DNA of 32,000 bases, from positions 3,450,001 through 3,482,000 of the forward strand of contig NC_010628.1 of the NCBI RefSeq assembly GCF_000020025.1, written 5' to 3'. A model generated the notes under the pieces. The model made no database searches and had not been told where the DNA came from. It saw only the letters and a program-made list of their open reading frames with translations. Below are positions 15,491 through 25,916 of this stretch, piece by piece; position 1 is the stretch's first letter; every line of letters begins with the position of its first letter. Source of the stretch: Nostoc punctiforme PCC 73102 (GTDB lineage Bacteria; Cyanobacteriota; Cyanobacteriia; Cyanobacteriales; Nostocaceae). The translations under genes and the position numbers were made by a program.

Positions 15491-16912
15491 ATGGATTTTG
15501 TTCAGGTTGAAACAACTGCGCCACTGGCTCTGGAAATTCCCCAGGTTTCTTTACCACCAACAGCACTTTCTCCAACCTCTCGAATTCCCAAGGATGCGAT
15601 TCGCACAAGTTTAAAAGCCTCCACTGCGGATTCTGTCTTAGCGGCGGTTTACTCTCTTGGAACTGGCGGGATTTTACTCAGCAATTTCTTGGTGGAATTG
15701 GGTGCTAGTCCAGTGGTATTTGGGATGCTTTGCTCTATCCCCATGTTGGTCAATCTGATTCAGCCGTTGGGTGCTTACTTATCTGAACGTAGCACCAGCC
15801 GCTTTCAATATTCTCTTCGGACACACGGAATTGGTCGGCTGCTATGGCTGGCTCTAGTAATCGGTATTGTAGGCGTAAGCTTGGGAGCAATCAATACTCA
15901 CCAATTAGTGATATTGACACTCTTGATTGTCCTATTCAGCAATCTTTTGGGAGGGCTAGGAACCGCATCGTGGCTAAGTTGGGTTGCAATGATAGTTCCC
16001 CGGCGATTGCGAGGCAGGTATTTTGGGACACGCAATAGTGCCGCTAATCTCACCAATTTGGTTTGCGTACCAATGGCTGGTCTAGCTGTATCACATTGGT
16101 ATGGTGGAACTCTACAAGGCTATGGGGTGGTTCTGCTGATAAGCATTATATTGGGAATTGCGGGATTGGGGTGTCAGTATTTCCAAGTGGATATGAATCC
16201 GCGATCGCAAAATACTTATTATGGCAATTCAACTAAAATAAGTGAGATTCAGTCAGAGGTTACAAAAGATGAATCTTCTGAAGTCGCTGAATCAGTTCAT
16301 CCACCACAAAACCAGTTAACTCACAGTGTTTGGAAAAACTCTAACTTTTTGAGATTTCTGTTGTATTTCAGCTTCTGGGCGCTTGCTGTTAACCTCAGCA
16401 GTCCGTTTTTTAACCTTTATATGCTCGATACGCTCGATTTAGACGTGAGCTACGTCACTATTTACAACAGCCTTCAGGCAGGGGCAACTTTGCTAATGCT
16501 TATTCTGTGGGGAAAATTAGCAGACAAGATAGGTAATCGTCCCATCCTCATCGGTATTGGAATTTTGGTTGCAGCTACGCCACTGCTATGGCTGGGGATT
16601 GGTGCTAATCGCCTTGATATCTGGTTGTGGCTACCTCTGTTACATATCTTGGCTGGAGGTACTTGGGCGGCGATTGACTTGTGCAGCAACAATATACAAT
16701 TGGCGATCGCACCAATTAAAAATCAGTCTATTTATTTTGCGATCGCAGCTGCCGTTGCTGGAGGGAGTGGTGCTTTAGGCGCAACTATAGGCAGCTTCAT
16801 CGTCCAATTCGCTCAGTTTGGAGGCTTGCTAGGGTTGTTCGCCCTCTCTAGTCTATTTCGACTAGCAGCACTTGTTCCACTCGTTTTTGTCAAAGAGCCG
16901 ATGAGAGGATGA
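15491..16912 (+). CDS. MFS transporter
   Basis: 473 aa with about 12 TM segments in a 6+6 arrangement, a hydrophilic central loop and the loop motif PRRLRGRYFG. The stop TGA (16910-16912) lies inside the G-rich repeat. Confidence 0.8.
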   Translation: MDFVQVETTAPLALEIPQVSLPPTALSPTSRIPKDAIRTSLKASTADSVLAAVYSLGTGGILLSNFLVELGASPVVFGMLCSIPMLVNLIQPLGAYLSERSTSRFQYSLRTHGIGRLLWLALVIGIVGVSLGAINTHQLVILTLLIVLFSNLLGGLGTASWLSWVAMIVPRRLRGRYFGTRNSAANLTNLVCVPMAGLAVSHWYGGTLQGYGVVLLISIILGIAGLGCQYFQVDMNPRSQNTYYGNSTKISEIQSEVTKDESSEVAESVHPPQNQLTHSVWKNSNFLRFLLYFSFWALAVNLSSPFFNLYMLDTLDLDVSYVTIYNSLQAGATLLMLILWGKLADKIGNRPILIGIGILVAATPLLWLGIGANRLDIWLWLPLLHILAGGTWAAIDLCSNNIQLAIAPIKNQSIYFAIAAAVAGGSGALGATIGSFIVQFAQFGGLLGLFALSSLFRLAALVPLVFVKEPMRG

Positions 16913-17047
16913 GGGAGCGGGAAAGAAGCAGGGGAGCAGGGGGCAGGGAGCAGAGGAGGCAGGGGGACAAGGGGGACAAGGGGGAATTATTGAACAAGTG
17001 TCTCTCTTGTCTCCCCCCTCTTCCTTGTCTCCCTTGTCTCTTCTTCA
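16905..17047. repeat. G-rich arm / C-rich arm hairpin of the same family as 1311-1354; includes 9-mer tandem GGGGGACAA
   Basis: The shared blocks with copy A are GGATGAGGGAG and GCAGGGGAGCAGGGG. The C-rich arm 17001-17047 (cttgtctcccccctcttccttgtctcccttgtctc) is complementary. The element lies between the convergent MFS and accD genes and is probably a bidirectional terminator. Confidence 0.8.
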
Positions 17048-17079
17048 TGTTCAATGCCCAATTCCCCATTCCCCATGTT

Positions 17080-18030
17080 CTATTCAGCGGCGGTAGAAGT
17101 TAAAGACATTGTTTCCCACAAAACCATGTGAGGTGGTGTTAGTACAGGCTGGTGTAGAGCAATTAGCTGGGCTAAGGTATTCTTTAATTGGGTACGGGGT
17201 ACGATATCATCAACAAAACCGTGCTGGAGCAAATCTTCCGCAGTCTGAAAATTTTCGGGGAGTTTTTCTCGTAGGGTTTGCTCTATCACTCGCCGACCGG
17301 CAAAACCAATTGTTGCTTTGGGTTCTGCCAAAATGATATCGCCTAACATCGCAAAACTTGCAGTAACGCCGCCCGTTGTGGGATTGGTCAAAACGGGAAT
17401 ATATAATAGTCGCGCGTCTTTATGGCGCTGTAGGGCTGCGGAGATTTTCGCCATCTGCATCAAGGAGAGCATTCCTTCTTGCATTCTCGCGCCGCCGGAG
17501 GTGCAGATGATAACTACAGGATAACGTCGTTGAGTGGCTTGCTCAATCATCCGGGTGAGCTTTTCTCCCACAACCGAACCCATACTACCACCCATGAAGC
17601 GGAAGTCCATAACCCCAAGGGCAATAGGCAAACCATTGATTTGACCTAAACCAGTTCTAACTGCGTCTATTAAGCCAATTTTATCTTGTGTTTCCCGCAA
17701 GCGATCACTGTAGAGTTTGCGATCGCGAAATTCTAGCGGATCGGTTGGACGCAAATGCTCGTCTAGAGGTTTCCAGGTATTATTATCTATCAATTGACGA
17801 ATACGCTCATCGCTATCTACACGATTATGATGACCACATTCGATACAAACCATTTGATTGGCTTTCAGGTCTTTTGTGTATGCCAATACACCACACTTGG
17901 AACATTTGTGCCACAATCCATCAGCAATTTCACGTTCTTGGCGCTCAAGGCTGGTAGATCCTGATTTCCGTCGATTTGCAAACCAATCAAATAGAGACTT
18001 TAAACCACGCGATTCTTCGTTGTTAGCCAT
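17080..18030 (-). CDS. accD: Acetyl-CoA carboxylase carboxyltransferase beta subunit
   Basis: 316 aa with the N-terminal Zn-ribbon [26 protein letters not shown], the carboxyltransferase core [11 protein letters not shown] and GGARMQEG. Confidence 0.95.
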   Translation of the reverse strand: MANNEESRGLKSLFDWFANRRKSGSTSLERQEREIADGLWHKCSKCGVLAYTKDLKANQMVCIECGHHNRVDSDERIRQLIDNNTWKPLDEHLRPTDPLEFRDRKLYSDRLRETQDKIGLIDAVRTGLGQINGLPIALGVMDFRFMGGSMGSVVGEKLTRMIEQATQRRYPVVIICTSGGARMQEGMLSLMQMAKISAALQRHKDARLLYIPVLTNPTTGGVTASFAMLGDIILAEPKATIGFAGRRVIEQTLREKLPENFQTAEDLLQHGFVDDIVPRTQLKNTLAQLIALHQPVLTPPHMVLWETMSLTSTAAE

Positions 18031-18558
18031 TTTTTATTTTATTTTAAGTGGGTATGAGGTCGAAAACATATCAAACCGTATTGGGTTGTCCTTAGTCATG
18101 AGTCATTTTTTTTTACTAATGACTAATTACTACATCGTCAAACTACGCTTTTAAGCAATTCAGACCTTAATTTTCATCTTTGGTTGCCAGCTTAACGAAA
18201 ATACTTATACCAATACAAGTCTCCTGCTCTTTATTTTCAGCAGACTTAATTATATTGACGTACTGACAAAGCCATGAGAATACCAACCTCCAAATAAGAT
18301 GCTCTCCCTCTCCCACCCAAATCAATGATTCGTATTGCTAGGTTATGAACGATCGGCATCTGTTCCAATAGTTGTGCTTGCTAACGGTTAATCGTCATCA
18401 AGAGGGTAATACAAGTCACAACCAGAATATTATCAAAATATGAAGGGGCGATGGGGTAATGTTGGTTACAGTCACGAATTATAAATCTTTCTTATGAAAG
18501 GGCATTGGATATGGGTTACTCCCCTTATCCCCCTTCTCTCCATACTCGCGACTGCAAT

Positions 18559-19449
18559 TCAAGACGCTGGAAAAAATAACCGCAGATAGATAGACAAAAT
18601 TGCTTCGCCGCTAAACAGGGTAATCAGAGATCCTAAAGCGAGAAAAGGGCCAAAAGGCATTTTTTGTCCTAACCTGTGTGTCGATGTCTGTTCATTAGTG
18701 GCTTCTCTACCAGACGCTGTGCGTAGCTTGCTTCGACCTAGGAGTATCCGTTTATGCATAATAATAGCACTGCCAATTAAGGCTCCCAGCGCACAGGCAA
18801 TAAAAGTAGCTAAAAGCAAATATTTCCAGCCTAACCAGGCTCCCATCATGGCTGCTAACTTAGCATCACCTGCGCCCATTGCAGTTTTCCCAAAGGCAAT
18901 TGAACCCAATAGGGCGATCGCATCAAATAGCCATAAGCCCAAGACTGCACCTAGTATGGCTATCATAAGGTGATTTACCAATGCGACAGAACTTCCTTCT
19001 GATAGATAACCAACCACCATTTGGAATAAAATTCCTGCCACTAAACCCGACTGAGTAAGTGGATTAGGTAAGGTCATTGTATCCAGGTCAATCAGCGATA
19101 GTGCTAATAACCAACTACAAAAAGCCCAATAGCCTATTGTTAAAATCGAAACTTGAAATACTAAAAAAATCAGCAAAAAAATTATGCCCGTCACCCCTTC
19201 TACCACAGGATAACGGACAGAAATTTTGCTTTTGCAATATCGACACCGCCCTCTTAATGAAATCCAGCCGAATACTGGTACATTGTCGTAAGCTTTTAGC
19301 TGGTTTAAGCATTTAGGACAACGAGAAGGCGGCCAAAGGATTGACAACCCAGCAGGTAGCCGATAAACAATAACATTGAGAAAACTGCCAATAGATGCAC
19401 CCAAAGCAAAGACCATTACACTCGCTGGAATAGCGAACAAAATGTCCAT
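18559..19449 (-). CDS. pilD: Prepilin peptidase / N-methyltransferase (A24 family)
   Basis: 296 aa with the Cys-rich segment CPKC...CRYC. The conserved Asp contexts (AMGAGDAKL and FGPFLA) are present along with multiple TM segments. Confidence 0.9.
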   Translation of the reverse strand: MDILFAIPASVMVFALGASIGSFLNVIVYRLPAGLSILWPPSRCPKCLNQLKAYDNVPVFGWISLRGRCRYCKSKISVRYPVVEGVTGIIFLLIFLVFQVSILTIGYWAFCSWLLALSLIDLDTMTLPNPLTQSGLVAGILFQMVVGYLSEGSSVALVNHLMIAILGAVLGLWLFDAIALLGSIAFGKTAMGAGDAKLAAMMGAWLGWKYLLLATFIACALGALIGSAIIMHKRILLGRSKLRTASGREATNEQTSTHRLGQKMPFGPFLALGSLITLFSGEAILSIYLRLFFPAS

Positions 19450-19459
19450 ACAGTCATTA

Positions 19460-19557
19460 TTCCTTTGTCATTAGTTCTGTGTCATTTGTCGTTTATCTTT
19501 TGTTCTTTGTCGAGAACTAATGACTAATGACCAATGACTAATGACTAATGACTAATA
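19460..19557. repeat. STRR heptamer array: degenerate TTTGTCA-type units followed by six ACTAATG/ACCAATG units (TGACTAA/TGACCAA phase, the STRR2 complement)
   Basis: The six tandem heptamers were read at 19516-19557. The left part (19460-19512) has the opposite polarity, so the two halves can pair. Confidence 0.85.
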
Positions 19558-19812
19558 GATGTGTGATTCAATTTGACTTAAGGGTACAAAACACTCTTGA
19601 GGTAAAAGAACTGGTTGGTTAGTAAAAATAACCTTACCTCGATGATTAACACGATTAATTGCTACACCGGAAGGTTGCCCAGCGATTTCGGGATGGACTT
19701 CACAGTGAGTATAGTATATCTGCCCAGCAGCTCTGATTACAGCAGGATCAATCAAAGGCGATTGGTTCTTGGGGGCGGTGAAATTTACTGGATTCTGTCG
19801 TAATGCGTACAC
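19552..19812 (-). CDS. Hypothetical small protein (86 aa), co-directional with leuB
   Basis: This is the only long ORF in the leuB-pilD gap on the gene strand. I recognise no motif. The stop abuts the STRR array. Confidence 0.45.
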   Translation of the reverse strand: MYALRQNPVNFTAPKNQSPLIDPAVIRAAGQIYYTHCEVHPEIAGQPSGVAINRVNHRGKVIFTNQPVLLPQECFVPLSQIESHIY

Positions 19813-19903
19813 TATCGACTGTTATTTGATTGCTAGATTTCCCTTTAGTCTACCCGAAACTTATAGCAAAGGTTGCCAAATTGGCACAGGTTGCTCCACA
19901 AAA

Positions 19904-20992
<1,089 letters not shown>

Positions 20993-21253
20993 AGCTGATG
21001 ATTACTAGGTAAATGCTTACAGATTAAATATCATACCGAGCAAGTGTACCAATGGAGTTTTTAATTTATTTGTGAGTAGGGGAAGTAATCTGACAAATAT
21101 TTCGATACTCAGCAAGTATGAGAACTTATCGCAAAAACTCAACTATATCAGCTATAGATTCATCTAAAAATTAAAAAAAACTATCTATAGGAATTTTTTG
21201 TTGAATTTAGTTGTATGTTTTTATGTTAATAAACGCAAACACAAAAAAGGTTT

Positions 21254-22108
21254 ATGAATTTTAATCAAATAGGTCAAGTTGCTCTTCAACTGTTAACTTT
21301 GTTTGGACTTAAAGTTTTAGGCGCAATTCTTATATGGCTGATTGCTCAACGCTTGATTGATTTTGCATTGAAGCTAGTACGACGTGCTTTCCGAAGCCAA
21401 CAAATTGACCCGACACTAATTAACTATCTTCTGAATATCATTGGTGTAACGCTGAAAATTGTTCTAATTGTGGCAATTCTCGGCTTCTTTGGGGTTGAAA
21501 CAACTTCCTTTGCCGCATTGTTAGCAGCAGCTGGTATTGCAATTGGTGCAGCATGGGGAGGACTGCTAGCAAACTTTGCAGCAGGCGCATTTTTAATTGT
21601 TTTTCGACCCTTCAAAGTTGGTGATTTCATTACAGCTGGAGGTGTCACAGGCACAGTTACAGAACTTGGGCTGTTCACAACTAGTATTAATACACCTGAT
21701 AACGTATTGACAATTGTTGCCAATAATAAAATCTTTTCTGACAATATCCAGAATTATTCCGCCAATCCTTACCGTCGGGTTGATCTAGTAGCTCAAATCC
21801 ATCATGATGTGAAACATAACGAAGCGATCGCACTTTTGAAAGCGAAAATTAGCCAAATTCCTAATGTCCTTCAAAATCCAGCACCGGATGTAGAAATTCA
21901 GGATTTCAACTTTGCAGGGCCTGTATTAGCAGTACGTCCTTATTGCAATAACGATCATTACTGGCAGGTTTATTTCGACACTAATAAGGCTATTCGTGAA
22001 ACCTTTAACGAAGCTGGATATCCAGTTCCCGAATACCGTTATACAGTTAACGGTTCATCTGCTCATGCAATTAATAACGTCATCCCACCACTATCGGAAA
22101 TAACTTGA
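21254..22108 (+). CDS. Mechanosensitive ion channel family protein (MscS-like)
   Basis: 284 aa with three N-terminal TM helices, the pore-helix Gly/Ala-rich AAGIAIGAAWGGLLANFAAGAFLIVFRPFKVGD, then a beta-domain GTVTELGLFTT. Confidence 0.85.
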   Translation: MNFNQIGQVALQLLTLFGLKVLGAILIWLIAQRLIDFALKLVRRAFRSQQIDPTLINYLLNIIGVTLKIVLIVAILGFFGVETTSFAALLAAAGIAIGAAWGGLLANFAAGAFLIVFRPFKVGDFITAGGVTGTVTELGLFTTSINTPDNVLTIVANNKIFSDNIQNYSANPYRRVDLVAQIHHDVKHNEAIALLKAKISQIPNVLQNPAPDVEIQDFNFAGPVLAVRPYCNNDHYWQVYFDTNKAIRETFNEAGYPVPEYRYTVNGSSAHAINNVIPPLSEIT

Positions 22109-22172
22109 TACTAGAGCAAAAAGTCAAGGTTTTATTTGCATAGATTTCCTAAATAGCATAATAAGAATTAAT

Positions 22173-22206
22173 AAGTAGGTAGGGCGTATGCCTTACCTAC
22201 TTTTGC
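22173..22206 (+). terminator. Rho-independent terminator downstream of the MscS gene
   Basis: The stem is gtaggtaggg / ccttacctac (1 mismatch) with loop cgtatg, followed by ttttgc. Confidence 0.65.
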
Positions 22207-22210
22207 TAAA

Positions 22211-22819
22211 TTATGACCTATTCCAAACCCTGATAAAGGCAATCACTGCATGTCCGCAAGCATTCATCATTACCCCGTTTACCGTACCACTGATCACAGA
22301 CCCGATAAAAGGCATCATTGTTGCTACGTTGACTAAAGTTTTCTCGCCTGCTTAGGAAATTAGCTTAATTCCCAAAGCTTTGTTTATCTCAGCAAAAGTT
22401 TTCCCAGGGATGGACATTAAAGTTTTTTGAATAGCTTGTGATCCTACTTGAGTTCCTAATTGATTAGCTAGTTCAGATACACTCACTCCAGTCGCAGCAG
22501 CTAAAACTAATACTCGTGCAGATTCGCTTCTTGTATCAATGCCATAAAGAGCAAAAAGAGCTGATGCTAGTTTTACACTGGAATACAATGTAATCGTAAT
22601 CTCAGTGGGTATTCCGGCTAGTCCTATGAATCCACTGAAAATGTCGTTGCCTACCGACCAAGCGGTTGACTCTACTATCATCAGGTTTGCGATATTATCT
22701 CTATTACCTACCCAATAGAAATTGTTGGCAAAAGATAGTCCCCATTGCCTACCATCTTCAATAGCATAAGCAATAGCTTGCCCGATAGCAGGCATATTCA
22801 TAATCGATTCAAAATCCAT
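22211..22819 (-). pseudogene. EcsC-family protein gene interrupted by a single in-frame TAA (22352-22354)
   Basis: The 155-aa ORF (22352-22819) ends ...GIKLIS*. The same frame continues AGEKTLVNVATMMPFIGSVISGTVNGVMMNACGHAVIAFIRVWNRS* to 22211. The central G..GLAGIP...L..ALYGID and the C-terminal MPFIGSVISG..N....G.A..AF match the B. subtilis EcsC pattern (..LADFP...ASIYGHD / VPGIGAVVGAYAN...G..A..AY) as I recall it. Confidence 0.6.
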
Positions 22820-23051
22820 ACAGCTTTTACCTGATTAACTGAAAAGACCTAGAGATTTCTAGCTTTAGTATTCCCAGTAGCAAAACTTAATAATTGGTAT
22901 TGTTTAAAACTTTAGTGAAAGTAGCGGTAAATAATGTCCATGACTCAAAGCAGCTTTATATAAAGTCAGTTTCAATTTCCGAAACAAGCCTGACATAAGT
23001 TGTAGAAAGAGGTTAAGTTGAGTGTTAATCACAAGCCGCACCCCAGCAGCG

Positions 23052-24002
23052 ATGGTAAAAGAATTAGCAATTTGCACCCGTGGACTAACTAAGCAATTTG
23101 ACAGACACGTTGCTGTCAATGATGTGGATTTAGAAATCCAGGCAGGGGAAGTATATGGACTGATTGGGCCCAATGGCGCAGGTAAAACAACTCTCATCCG
23201 CATGTTGGCAACTGCTGAGGAACCAACTACAGGTGAGATTTATATTAATGGCGATCGCCTACTCCGTGACAAAAGTAATCCCAAACTGAAGCGTCGTCTA
23301 GGCTACTTACCCGATGACTACCCACTATATGAGGATTTGACAGTCTGGGATTACCTAGATTATTTTGCGCGTCTCTATCGTTTACGAGAACCACGTCGCA
23401 CTCAACGTCTACATGAAGTTTTAGAACTTATTCAACTTGGAAATAAACGCCACAGCCAGATTTCTACCCTGTCGCGGGGGATGAAACAGCGCTTAAGTTT
23501 AGCGCGAACCATTATCCACGAACCGATTTTACTACTACTAGATGAGCCTGTCTCTGGGCTTGATCCCATCGCCAGAATGCACTTCCGCGAAATCATCAAA
23601 GCTTTGCAAGAAGCTGGGATGACTGTAATCATTTCTTCCCATGTTCTCAGTGATTTAGCAGAACTGTGTACATCTGTGGGAATTATGGAACTTGGCTTCT
23701 TGGTAGAAAGTACCTCTTTACAACAACTGTACGAACGTCTTTCCCACCAGCAAATTGTGATATCAACTCTGGGGAACCTAGAGACACTTTTAAGGGAGTT
23801 AAAACATCATCATTTAGTAGAAGAGTGGGAGGTGATATCAGGAAAAAATAGCGTGCGGGTGAATTTTTCGGGTAAAGATGAAGATAGTGCTGAGTTGTTG
23901 CGATCGCTGATTAAAGCAGGTATTCCTTTGACTGATTTTCACTGCACCCAAGAAGACTTAGAAACTATTTTCTTAAAATTAGGTCACAAACAAGCATCTT
24001 GA
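23052..24002 (+). CDS. ABC transporter ATP-binding protein (ABC-2 / CcmA-like subfamily) with a C-terminal extra domain
   Basis: Motifs present: Walker A GPNGAGKTT, signature LSRGMKQRLSLA, Walker B LLLLDEP and the H-loop SSHVL. The track ORF starts at GTG 23022; ATG 23052 (MVKELAI) is the more likely start. Confidence 0.9.
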   Translation: MVKELAICTRGLTKQFDRHVAVNDVDLEIQAGEVYGLIGPNGAGKTTLIRMLATAEEPTTGEIYINGDRLLRDKSNPKLKRRLGYLPDDYPLYEDLTVWDYLDYFARLYRLREPRRTQRLHEVLELIQLGNKRHSQISTLSRGMKQRLSLARTIIHEPILLLLDEPVSGLDPIARMHFREIIKALQEAGMTVIISSHVLSDLAELCTSVGIMELGFLVESTSLQQLYERLSHQQIVISTLGNLETLLRELKHHHLVEEWEVISGKNSVRVNFSGKDEDSAELLRSLIKAGIPLTDFHCTQEDLETIFLKLGHKQAS

Positions 24003-24046
24003 TTTGCCAACAAATATAACTCCCCATTTTTGGAGAATTTTTTCTA

Positions 24047-25813
24047 ATGATGCCCAACTTTATAGACAAAATCGGTGATTGGAATCCGCAACTATTGCGG
24101 GAACTCAAAGGAAGGCTGAAATTTTCTAATGTTGCGATCGCAGTTGCAACATCCTTACTACTGCAACTGGTAGTTTTTTTATATCAATTACGGGAGTTTC
24201 CTGACGATCAATACTCACTAACAAACACATACTGTCGTTTAAGTCAAGTATATCAACGGCAACAAAACCAGACTTACCAGCAATCAGATCAATATCAAAT
24301 TCCTAACTTAAATGATTTAGTCGCAAAGAATATTTGTCCCCAAAATCAAATTGATTGGCAGTTGTGGTGGCGAGATCATTGGGAATATATATTCCTGACT
24401 TTGAGTGTAATTTTTGTATTTACACTATTAGTTGCAGGAACTTATTTATTAATCAACGATTTAGCTAAAGAAGAAAGTCGCGGTACATTGAATTTCATCC
24501 GTCTTAGCCCCCAATCAGAAACTAGTATATTAACTGGAAAATTACTAGGAGTTCCGAGTTTAGTTTATCTCGTCATCCTAGTTGCAGTTCCTTTACATCT
24601 GTTGGCTGGACGTTCTGCCGAAATTGCCTTTAGTTACATTTTGAGTTACTACGCTATTCTTGCTGCTAGCTGTATTTTCTTCTACAGTGCCGCATTGCTA
24701 TTTGGTTTAATTAGTCGTTTGTTTAGCGGTTTTCAGCCTTGGTTAGGTAGTGGTGCAGTATTGCTTTTCTTGTTCACAGTAATGGGGTTTGCATCATCGT
24801 CTTCTAGTAACATTTTAAATAACTCAACTGCTTGGATAAGGCTTTTTGCTCCTTGGGATACAATAAATTATCTGTTTCCTAACTTGTTACGTGTATACAA
24901 TGGTTCTCAACTGAAAAACCTAGAGTTTTTCTATTTACCATTAGGTACTAATGTTGTTAGTATTGTTGGTTTTCATTTATTAAATTTGGGATTGTGCAGT
25001 TACGGAATCTTACAAGCTCTGAAACGTTCCTTCCGTAATCCTCAAGCCTCAATTATTAGCAAGGGACAAAGTTATGTATTAGTAGCTTTTTGTCAGCTCA
25101 TGATGTGGGGCTTTACCTTACAATCTTGGAATAATTCCAATTTTTATGAACAGGTTGGGCCGAACTTAGTTTTTCTGGCAATATACAACTTGGGGTTACT
25201 TTTCAGTTTGATTGCCATTCTTTCCCCTCATCGTCAAGATGTACAAGATTGGGCAAGATATCGACATCAAGAAGTTTCTAGCCGTAAGAGTGTTTGGCGG
25301 GATCTAATTTGGGCTGAAAAAAGCCCTGCACTTGTAGCGATCGCTATTAATCTGGCAATTGTTACTATCCCTTTGGTAGTCTGGATTTCAATTACATCTG
25401 TTTTTGATACAGACTATAGCCAAAATGGTGCGGATGACAATTTTAACAGCTTAAAATCACTTTCAGCTGTAGCTTTGTCTATCAGCATAATCATGATTTA
25501 CGCTACCATTGCCCAATTAATACTTTTGCTGAAGACTCCCAAACGTTCTTTCTGGGCAATAGGTACTATAGGTACGGTAACGTTCTTACCACCGATGATT
25601 CTAGAATTTCTTGGGATCTCCGCGTGGAAACATCCTACTGTATGGCTGTTTTCAACCTTTCCTTGGTCAGCGCTCCAATATTCTGGGGCGACAACAATTT
25701 TTATGGCATTCCTGGCTCAGTTGAGTGTTTTAGGATTGTTAAATTTCCAGTTGACAAAGCAGGTCAGATTAGCAGGTGAATCTGCTACGAAAGCATTGTT
25801 AGCAGGACGCTAG
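24047..25813 (+). CDS. Large polytopic membrane protein, probable permease partner of the upstream ABC ATPase
   Basis: 588 aa starting 45 nt after the ATPase stop, with GGAGA upstream of the ATG. There are at least 10 hydrophobic segments and a soluble insertion after TM1. The function is assigned by context only. Confidence 0.7.
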   Translation: MMPNFIDKIGDWNPQLLRELKGRLKFSNVAIAVATSLLLQLVVFLYQLREFPDDQYSLTNTYCRLSQVYQRQQNQTYQQSDQYQIPNLNDLVAKNICPQNQIDWQLWWRDHWEYIFLTLSVIFVFTLLVAGTYLLINDLAKEESRGTLNFIRLSPQSETSILTGKLLGVPSLVYLVILVAVPLHLLAGRSAEIAFSYILSYYAILAASCIFFYSAALLFGLISRLFSGFQPWLGSGAVLLFLFTVMGFASSSSSNILNNSTAWIRLFAPWDTINYLFPNLLRVYNGSQLKNLEFFYLPLGTNVVSIVGFHLLNLGLCSYGILQALKRSFRNPQASIISKGQSYVLVAFCQLMMWGFTLQSWNNSNFYEQVGPNLVFLAIYNLGLLFSLIAILSPHRQDVQDWARYRHQEVSSRKSVWRDLIWAEKSPALVAIAINLAIVTIPLVVWISITSVFDTDYSQNGADDNFNSLKSLSAVALSISIIMIYATIAQLILLLKTPKRSFWAIGTIGTVTFLPPMILEFLGISAWKHPTVWLFSTFPWSALQYSGATTIFMAFLAQLSVLGLLNFQLTKQVRLAGESATKALLAGR

Positions 25814-25831
25814 GTAAGGCGTTATCCATTA

Positions 25832-25862
25832 GAACCCCGATTTCTGTGAGAAGTCGGGGTTC
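25832..25862 (+). terminator. Terminator hairpin (member of the ccccgacttc...gaagtcgggg dispersed repeat family)
   Basis: The stem is gaaccccgatttc / gaagtcggggttc, 13 bp with one G-U, with loop tgtga followed by ttgtatt. A degenerate copy lies at 14001-14033. Confidence 0.7.
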
Positions 25863-25916
25863 TTGTATTAAGGTTAAACTTTTAATTAGCGCAAGTATAG
25901 TAATAACCTGACAATC

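Noticed and set aside
16909-17103. 64-aa plus-strand ORF (MRERERSRGAGGREQRRQGDKGDKGE...)
   Set aside because: It is a pure translation of the G-rich/C-rich repeat hairpin between the MFS gene and accD. It is low complexity with no start context.
17109-18154. Four plus-strand ORFs antisense to accD
   Set aside because: accD on the minus strand is certain, and the antisense ORFs have no motifs.
19460-19557. Heptamer arrays considered as a possible CRISPR or minisatellite locus
   Set aside because: The units are 7 nt with no spacers and no cas genes nearby. They match the known STRR class of Nostocales.
22904-23203. 99-aa minus-strand ORF
   Set aside because: It is antisense to the N-terminus of the ABC ATPase and mirrors the Walker A region. 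It is an artefact.
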